Below the pieces are notes generated by a model, which saw nothing but the letters and a program-made list of their open reading frames with translations, searched no databases and was not told where the DNA came from. From NCBI GenBank assembly GCA_050950505.1, contig JBMNHS010000001.1, forward strand, positions 608,001-672,000: 64,000 bases of DNA. Reading direction: 5' to 3'. Of the stretch, positions 58,101 to 64,000 are shown piece after piece; positions within the stretch are counted from its first letter, which is position 1, and every line of letters starts with the position of its first letter. This DNA comes from Candidatus Methanomethylophilaceae archaeon. GTDB taxonomy: Archaea > Thermoplasmatota > Thermoplasmata > Methanomassiliicoccales > Methanomethylophilaceae. Both the position numbers and the translations under genes were made by a program.

Positions 58101-60315
58101 ATTTTCTGAGTCTCAGCGCGTTGGACACCACCAGCAGTGACGAAGCGGACATGGCGGCCGCGGATATCATGGGCATTATCGAAATGTTCTCTATTCCAAG
58201 GGGGTACAGTATCCCTGCCGCGATGGGTATCGCTATGATGTTGTACATGAACGCCAGGAACAAATTCTGTTTGATGTTCTTCATGGTGGCTTTGCCCAAT
58301 TCCATGGATGCCGGTATGGACCTCATGTCGTCGGTCATCATGACCACGTCGGCGGAATCCATGGCGATGTCGGTTCCGGCTCTGACGGCCAATCCCAGAT
58401 CGGATTGCATGAGGGCGGGAGCATCGTTGATGCCGTCTCCGGCCATGGCGACGTAACGTCCTTCGATTTGCAGATTCTTCACGACTTCCAGCTTGTCCCC
58501 GGGTGCGGCGTTGGAGATGACGTTGGTTATCCCCACGGTGCCGGCGACGGACTTCGCCGTGGCTTCGTTGTCTCCGGTGACCATGATTATTTCCGCACCG
58601 TTTTCGTTCATCCGTCTGACGGCGAATTCGGATTCGGGTCTGATGGGATCGGAAACCGCGATAACGCCGAGAAGGACATCTTCTTCCGCGACGTAGAAGT
58701 AGGTCATAGCCTTTTCCGCGAATTCTTTGGATTCAGCGTCGAATCCGGATATGTCGCATCCGCATTCTTCCATGAGCTTGGGATTTCCGATGGTCACGGT
58801 CTTGCCGTTGACCACGCTTCTCACTCCGCCTCCGGTTACGGATTCGAAGCTTTCGTAAACCGGTATTTCAAGATTTTTCTTTTCGGCATATTCGATCACG
58901 GCTCTGGCAATCGGGTGTTCCGAACCGCTTTCCGCCGCCGCGGCGACGGCTATGAGATAATCCTCGTCCATATTCGAAGCCACGCCGGTGACTTCCGGGA
59001 ATCCCATGGTTATGGTTCCCGTTTTGTCCAAAATAATCGTGTTGATGTCTCCCGCCCGTTCCAGCGCGGAAGCGCTCTTGAAGAGAATCCCTTTGTCCGC
59101 GGCGACTCCCGTTCCCACGGTTATCGCCATGGGAGTGGCGAGACCCAGCGCACAGGGGCAGGATATGACCAGAACGGATATCAGTACCGTGAGCGCGAAC
59201 TCCAGCCCTCTTCCGGCGGCAAACCATACCAGGAACGCCGCCAAAGCTATCACGATGACGACGGGAACAAACACGGCGGCAACACGGTCCGCCAATCTTG
59301 CGACCGGCGCTTTGGTTCCCTGGGCGGTCTCCATCATCATTATGATTTCATGAAGCACGGTGTCCTTTTCGGTTCTGAGGGTGTTCACAATCAGGTTTCC
59401 GGTTCCGTTAACGGTGCCGGCGAACACATCGTTCCCCTCGGCCTTGGCCACAGGCATGCTTTCCCCGGTGAGCATGGATTCGTTCACCGTGGAGGTTCCG
59501 GAAAACACAACGCCGTCCACCGGGATCTTTCCGCCGGGTTTCACCGAAACCATGTCGCCGACGGACACTTCCGAAACGGGTATTTCCACTTCTTCGCCGT
59601 CTTTTATGACCGTGGCGGTATCCGGCTGAAGATCCATCAATCCCCTGACGGCGGAATCCGTTTTGACTTTGGAACGGGATTCCAGATACTTTCCGACGGA
59701 AATCAAAGTGATGATCATCGCCGCCGATTCGTATGTGAGATGGGCGGCGGGTTCGCCGAGTATGAGCATTCCCGTGTTCCAGAACGCATACAGAAGGGAT
59801 GCGGTCGCACCCAATGCGACCAACGAATCCATCGTAGGAGTTCCGGTGCGGAGGGCAGGGAATCCACGGAGGAAGAATCTTCTTCCCGCATAAATCACGG
59901 GCAGACAGAGAACCATCTGCACAACGGCCATGACCGCCATGTGGTCGGACAGCCAAGGGATGTTTCCGAACATGTCCCACATACCGATGGTGAACAACGG
60001 TATGGTGAACGCCGCGGCAAGAATGAGATCCCGTCTCCTGACCATGGATTCCTTCGCTTCCGCGGCCGCAATGATTGCGGGGTCGTCCTCAATGGTGACG
60101 TAACCGGAATTTTCTATTACTTTTATCAGTCCGGGTTTATCGGTGACATCCGGATTGTAGGTGATTGCGGCGACGCTGTTGCCGAAATTGACCGCGGCTT
60201 CGTACACGCCGTCCGCGGAGCGAAGAGCTTTCTCCACCCTTTGGGCGCAGGCAGTACAGGACATGCCTCCGATACGGAGGGTCGTCCGTTCCCGCGGTTC
60301 ATCCGAAGAGACCAC
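58072..60315 (-). CDS. copA: Cu(+)-exporting P1B-type ATPase
   Basis: GMSCTAC, TGES, CPCALG, DKTGT, SEHP, GDGIND, YN and MSASS motifs. Confidence 0.95.
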   Translation of the reverse strand: MVSSDEPRERTTLRIGGMSCTACAQRVEKALRSADGVYEAAVNFGNSVAAITYNPDVTDKPGLIKVIENSGYVTIEDDPAIIAAAEAKESMVRRRDLILAAAFTIPLFTIGMWDMFGNIPWLSDHMAVMAVVQMVLCLPVIYAGRRFFLRGFPALRTGTPTMDSLVALGATASLLYAFWNTGMLILGEPAAHLTYESAAMIITLISVGKYLESRSKVKTDSAVRGLMDLQPDTATVIKDGEEVEIPVSEVSVGDMVSVKPGGKIPVDGVVFSGTSTVNESMLTGESMPVAKAEGNDVFAGTVNGTGNLIVNTLRTEKDTVLHEIIMMMETAQGTKAPVARLADRVAAVFVPVVIVIALAAFLVWFAAGRGLEFALTVLISVLVISCPCALGLATPMAITVGTGVAADKGILFKSASALERAGDINTIILDKTGTITMGFPEVTGVASNMDEDYLIAVAAAAESGSEHPIARAVIEYAEKKNLEIPVYESFESVTGGGVRSVVNGKTVTIGNPKLMEECGCDISGFDAESKEFAEKAMTYFYVAEEDVLLGVIAVSDPIRPESEFAVRRMNENGAEIIMVTGDNEATAKSVAGTVGITNVISNAAPGDKLEVVKNLQIEGRYVAMAGDGINDAPALMQSDLGLAVRAGTDIAMDSADVVMMTDDMRSIPASMELGKATMKNIKQNLFLAFMYNIIAIPIAAGILYPLGIENISIMPMISAAAMSASSLLVVSNALRLRKFMPESLAEP

Positions 60316-60526
60316 GCTTCACCTCTGCACGGAAACCCACATCCACGACGGCGCGGATAAGATCCGTTTCATTCACGACGGAATCGTCGTACGTCACCTG
60401 GGCGGAACCCTTCTTCTGGTTCACCGTGGCGTCGGATACGCCTTCCAAGGATTTTAGGGAAGCTTCCACTTTCTTAACACAGTTAATACAGGTCATTCCC
60501 TGAATTTTGAGGTTTGTTTTAGCCAT
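60299..60526 (-). CDS. copZ: heavy-metal (copper) chaperone
   Basis: GMTCINC HMA motif; directly upstream of copA; start set at MAKT. Confidence 0.88.
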   Translation of the reverse strand: MAKTNLKIQGMTCINCVKKVEASLKSLEGVSDATVNQKKGSAQVTYDDSVVNETDLIRAVVDVGFRAEVKRGLFG

Positions 60527-60558
60527 ACGGCAGTAATCGTATTTCTGATATAATACGT

Positions 60559-63500
60559 TCAGTTTCTGCTTTCTATGGTTTTCACGATTTTCGCAATCTC
60601 TCTTTCGGGATCTTTCCACATTCCGGGAGTCCACACCCTGTGCATCACCCATCCGTTGGATTCGAGGTATTTCTGCCTGTGATAATCCCTTTCTCTTGCC
60701 GATTGCGACATGCCGTAGAGATGACCGTCGATTTCGATGCCCAAGATGTAATCCCCGTTCTGTTTTACGGCCAAATCTATTCTGTATCCGCCGATACCCA
60801 CGTTCCTGTCCACGGTGTATCCTTTGCGGACGAGGGAGTTGTACACCCTGTCGGACACCGAGCTTTGGGTTTCGATGATCGGGGAATCGTCCCAGCGGGA
60901 ATCGCAGAAGGATTGAAGGATATGGTCGGCAGATGCCGTGTCCCCGTTGCTCACGGCCTCGGAATACTGCAGATATTTCTTCAGCAGCTTCGGACCGTCA
61001 TTTGCAACATCCTCCACTCTCAGGTTTTCGGGTCCTATGGAAGTCACAATGTGAATCTTCCGTTTGGCGCGGCTGATTGCGACGTTGAGGCGGTTTTCCC
61101 CGCCCTGGTTGTTCAGCCACCCGAATCTTTGTGCCATCTTGCCGTCGGGGTTCGGGGCGTAGCCGATGGAGAACATTATCACATCCCTTTCGTCGCCCTG
61201 AACGGTTTCGATGTTCTTGATGAACAGACTCACATCCTCGCCGTTGTCGAATCTTGTCAGCTCGGCGCTGAACACTTTGTTGAAAACCGGGTCTTTGGCG
61301 CATTCGTCGTCAAGCATGTCGCTTATCAGATCTTTCTGTGCCGCGTTGAACGTGAGTATGCCGACGCTTTCGTTCTCCCTCCGGGTTCTGAAGAAGTTCT
61401 TCAGCAACTCTATGATTTTGGCGGCCTCGACTTTATTTTTGGTATTGTCCCAGACACCGTCCACCCTGTGGACTTCGATGGGGGGTTCCTCCGGCACTTT
61501 GATGTTGGGCGAAACGTAAAGTTCCCCTTTGTAAAATGCGTAGTTCGAGAAAGCGATGAGTTCCTCGTATCTGGAACGGTAGTGGAAGTTCAGAAGGATG
61601 GAATCGTAACGGGATCTGGCCAAATCCAGGAGGCTGTCTTCTTCCAGTGCGGCTTCGTCTTCCATAAGACCTTCCTCGTATTCGAGACGTCCGAACCCCA
61701 GACTGCTGGGCCTCAGTTGTTTGTGGTCTCCGGAAACAACGACCTTCCTGGCTCTGTATATGGAGGGTATGCCTCTTTCCACATACATCTGGGAAGCCTC
61801 GTCGAAAATCACCAGATCGAACAGTCTCATGCGGAGAGGCAGAACTTCCGATACGGTGTCGGGAGTCATCAGCCAGACTCTTATTCCGTTGAACAGTTCG
61901 TGATCGAAACGCTCGACGAATTTGTTGATGTTCCATTTCCGTTTACTGTCGGCGACTCTGAGCATGTCCCCTTTGCGTTTGGAATCGGTGATGTTTCTCA
62001 TGTAGCCCTGGAAATGATACTCGGCGGAACTTCTGGCCAGTTCCATCTTCTCTTCGATTTTTGAATCGATGTCCGAGACGATACGGTCGAAATCCCGTAT
62101 GTTCTGCATCAGATCCCTGTTGTTCGCGTCGAATTTCTGCAGACGGTCGTTCAGTATGAATTTCAGCATTTGATCGTTGCACTGCTTGGGTCCGGTTTTC
62201 AGGGCGTCAATCAGGTTAAGCAGATTTTTGCCGTATGTTTTTTCATTGGCGGTCATTCGGTCATAGGCCGCGCTCCGTTCGGAGAACAAATCGTAATCCC
62301 CAAGGCCGTCGAAGAATCTCCGTGGCTCATCCAGCAACATGTCGACCATGGATTTTCCGTATTCCGCGAAACCGAACTCCAGTATCTTTTCCGCTTCTTT
62401 GGCGATTTTTCCTCTGCCCATTTTGCGGCCCAGGGCGCCTTTGGATTTCAATTCGGAAACACTCGTCTCCAAATCCCTGATCAGCATTTTGGTCTCTCCG
62501 ATGTCGTACTCGGAAAGATTGTTTTTCACATTCATGATCCAGGGGTTCCTTTCCAGGCAATCGTGATATTCCCCGAACCCTTTGAGAGTCAGGGAATCCG
62601 AAAAGGTATCGTGAAGGCTTTTCACTTCTCTGTAATTCAGTTTCAGCAATTCCGGGTTTATCCCGTCCCTCAGTATTGCGTATTCTTCGTACTGATGCCG
62701 GTCGTTGAGATCCAGCCATCTGTCCATGGAGTAAAGTTTGTACGGGGAAATGCCGAATTCATCGGGCTTGTACATACGTTTGGAAATTCCGTTCAGTATG
62801 TTGAAATCGTTGTCCACGGATTCAGAAATGTCCCGGAGTCCGTATTCCTCGCGGGGAGGTTCCGGCTCAAGCATTCTGCTTATCTGGTTGTAGAAATTTC
62901 TTTTGTCTCCGGAATCGTCGATGAGCATGCAGTATTTCGACAGATTTCCCAAACGGGAATAGACCACGTCCAGAGCGATTTTCTTTTCTGAGACCATAAG
63001 CACGTTGCGCCCGTGCATTATTTCCGAAACAATCAACGCGGTGATGACCTGGGATTTGCCGGTGCCCGGAGGACCCTGCACCACCAAAGCATCATTCTTC
63101 TGAATTCCCGTAAGGACGTTCTCCTGGGCGCTGTTCAGGGGATTGATGTAAAGCAAATCCTTTTCCGAAGCGCCCAGTCCTTTTTCTTCGATTTCTTGCC
63201 CGGACAGAGGTTCCCTGCCGATTCCGGTGAACTCGTAGGGATCCCAATCTTTGACCAAATCGTTCAGGACTTTGTTTATATTCTTCCTTTCAATTATTTT
63301 TTCGAAGTCCAGGTGTATGGCGCTGGAGTACGAAGAATAACGTCCCAGCACGATGTTGGGAATGATTTCCAGCTGCCCCGGGGTGTATTTAGGGAAGCCG
63401 TTTGTTTTGTACTCTTTGAAAGGCACGGTTCCCGTTTCTTTTCCCGCATCTATGGATATTCCCTGTTCCGAATAGAATTTTATCAATTTTTCAAGGAAGT

Positions 63501-64000
63501 CTTCTTTCTTGTACTCTTCCAAAACCAAATCCGGAATCGGACGGTTGTCCCCGGACATTTTGATGTAAGCCAAAACCAAAGTTCCGTTCAGGACCACGTC
63601 CCGGTCTTTGTCCCTGAACAGGGTGATGTGTCTGGAGTCTTTCTCCATTTTTACCGGGAACAGAGCCAGAGGGGATCTGATGTCGAAATCTTCTCCGGGC
63701 ATTTTTCCCTGGGCAAAGGGATATGCGACGTATAAGTCGTGACGTCCCGTTTCCCTTATGTTGCGGTTCACTTCCCTCATCATGTCGCTGAGGTCCTTGT
63801 AAACGGCAACCTGATCTTTGCCGTCGGACAGGTCGCAGAGTCTGGCGGAATTCTTGGAGCCGAACAACAATTCCATGAAATCCGTGTCCTTCACACCGTT
63901 CAAATCGAAGGCCATGCCCTTTCCGAGCCGGCTCTGGTAAAGCATTCTGTTCTTCTTGTTTATGTTGACAAGTTTCTTTTCCAGTTCCGTCAGTATGTCC
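60559..64000 (-). CDS. DUF4011 + SF1 (Upf1-like) helicase + Vsr-like endonuclease; 5' end outside window
   Basis: LVNINKKNRML, QGPPGTGKSQ, FDEASQ, GDHKQL, HYRS, QGDERD, NVAISRA and RIDLAV..IEIDG..RD..RQ.YLE..GW motifs. Confidence 0.88.
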   Translation of the reverse strand, partial: DILTELEKKLVNINKKNRMLYQSRLGKGMAFDLNGVKDTDFMELLFGSKNSARLCDLSDGKDQVAVYKDLSDMMREVNRNIRETGRHDLYVAYPFAQGKMPGEDFDIRSPLALFPVKMEKDSRHITLFRDKDRDVVLNGTLVLAYIKMSGDNRPIPDLVLEEYKKEDFLEKLIKFYSEQGISIDAGKETGTVPFKEYKTNGFPKYTPGQLEIIPNIVLGRYSSYSSAIHLDFEKIIERKNINKVLNDLVKDWDPYEFTGIGREPLSGQEIEEKGLGASEKDLLYINPLNSAQENVLTGIQKNDALVVQGPPGTGKSQVITALIVSEIMHGRNVLMVSEKKIALDVVYSRLGNLSKYCMLIDDSGDKRNFYNQISRMLEPEPPREEYGLRDISESVDNDFNILNGISKRMYKPDEFGISPYKLYSMDRWLDLNDRHQYEEYAILRDGINPELLKLNYREVKSLHDTFSDSLTLKGFGEYHDCLERNPWIMNVKNNLSEYDIGETKMLIRDLETSVSELKSKGALGRKMGRGKIAKEAEKILEFGFAEYGKSMVDMLLDEPRRFFDGLGDYDLFSERSAAYDRMTANEKTYGKNLLNLIDALKTGPKQCNDQMLKFILNDRLQKFDANNRDLMQNIRDFDRIVSDIDSKIEEKMELARSSAEYHFQGYMRNITDSKRKGDMLRVADSKRKWNINKFVERFDHELFNGIRVWLMTPDTVSEVLPLRMRLFDLVIFDEASQMYVERGIPSIYRARKVVVSGDHKQLRPSSLGFGRLEYEEGLMEDEAALEEDSLLDLARSRYDSILLNFHYRSRYEELIAFSNYAFYKGELYVSPNIKVPEEPPIEVHRVDGVWDNTKNKVEAAKIIELLKNFFRTRRENESVGILTFNAAQKDLISDMLDDECAKDPVFNKVFSAELTRFDNGEDVSLFIKNIETVQGDERDVIMFSIGYAPNPDGKMAQRFGWLNNQGGENRLNVAISRAKRKIHIVTSIGPENLRVEDVANDGPKLLKKYLQYSEAVSNGDTASADHILQSFCDSRWDDSPIIETQSSVSDRVYNSLVRKGYTVDRNVGIGGYRIDLAVKQNGDYILGIEIDGHLYGMSQSARERDYHRQKYLESNGWVMHRVWTPGMWKDPEREIAKIVKTIESRN

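Noticed and set aside
58405-60360. Long opposite-strand ORFs (e.g. 58405..60360, 2153..3484, 27933..29261, 60640..62064)
   Set aside because: Antisense to well-supported genes and without recognisable motifs

Overview
Chromosomal segment of a Thermoplasmata-type methanogenic archaeon, most likely Methanomassiliicoccales. This assignment rests on archaeal RadA, Nop5, Nop10, aIF2-alpha, S27e, L44e, GGGPS/DGGGPS, the CCA enzyme, an intron-containing tRNA-Tyr, an in-frame amber codon and a B-repeat adhesin. I call 55 CDS and 5 tRNAs. Most of the window is housekeeping: aromatic amino acid and riboflavin synthesis, lipid synthesis, RNA modification, translation and copper export. Highlights: (1) a 5053-aa surface protein with eight near-identical 417-bp repeats, a low-GC variable domain and a C-terminal Hedgehog/BIL-like Hint domain plus an 88-aa tail in place of a membrane anchor; (2) three copies of a 21-bp dyad between two convergent tRNA-Val genes, two of them behind TATA boxes and in front of hairpins that expose anti-Shine-Dalgarno loops, suggesting a co-regulated sRNA cassette; (3) an in-frame TAG (probable pyrrolysine) in DGGGP synthase, with no called gene ending in TAG; (4) an orphan bacterial-type acetyl-CoA synthase next to CooC and a corrinoid reductive activator; (5) an ALDH lacking its catalytic Cys; (6) an ABC ATPase that appears to start at ATC. 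All product calls come from motif recognition by eye; no database searches were run.
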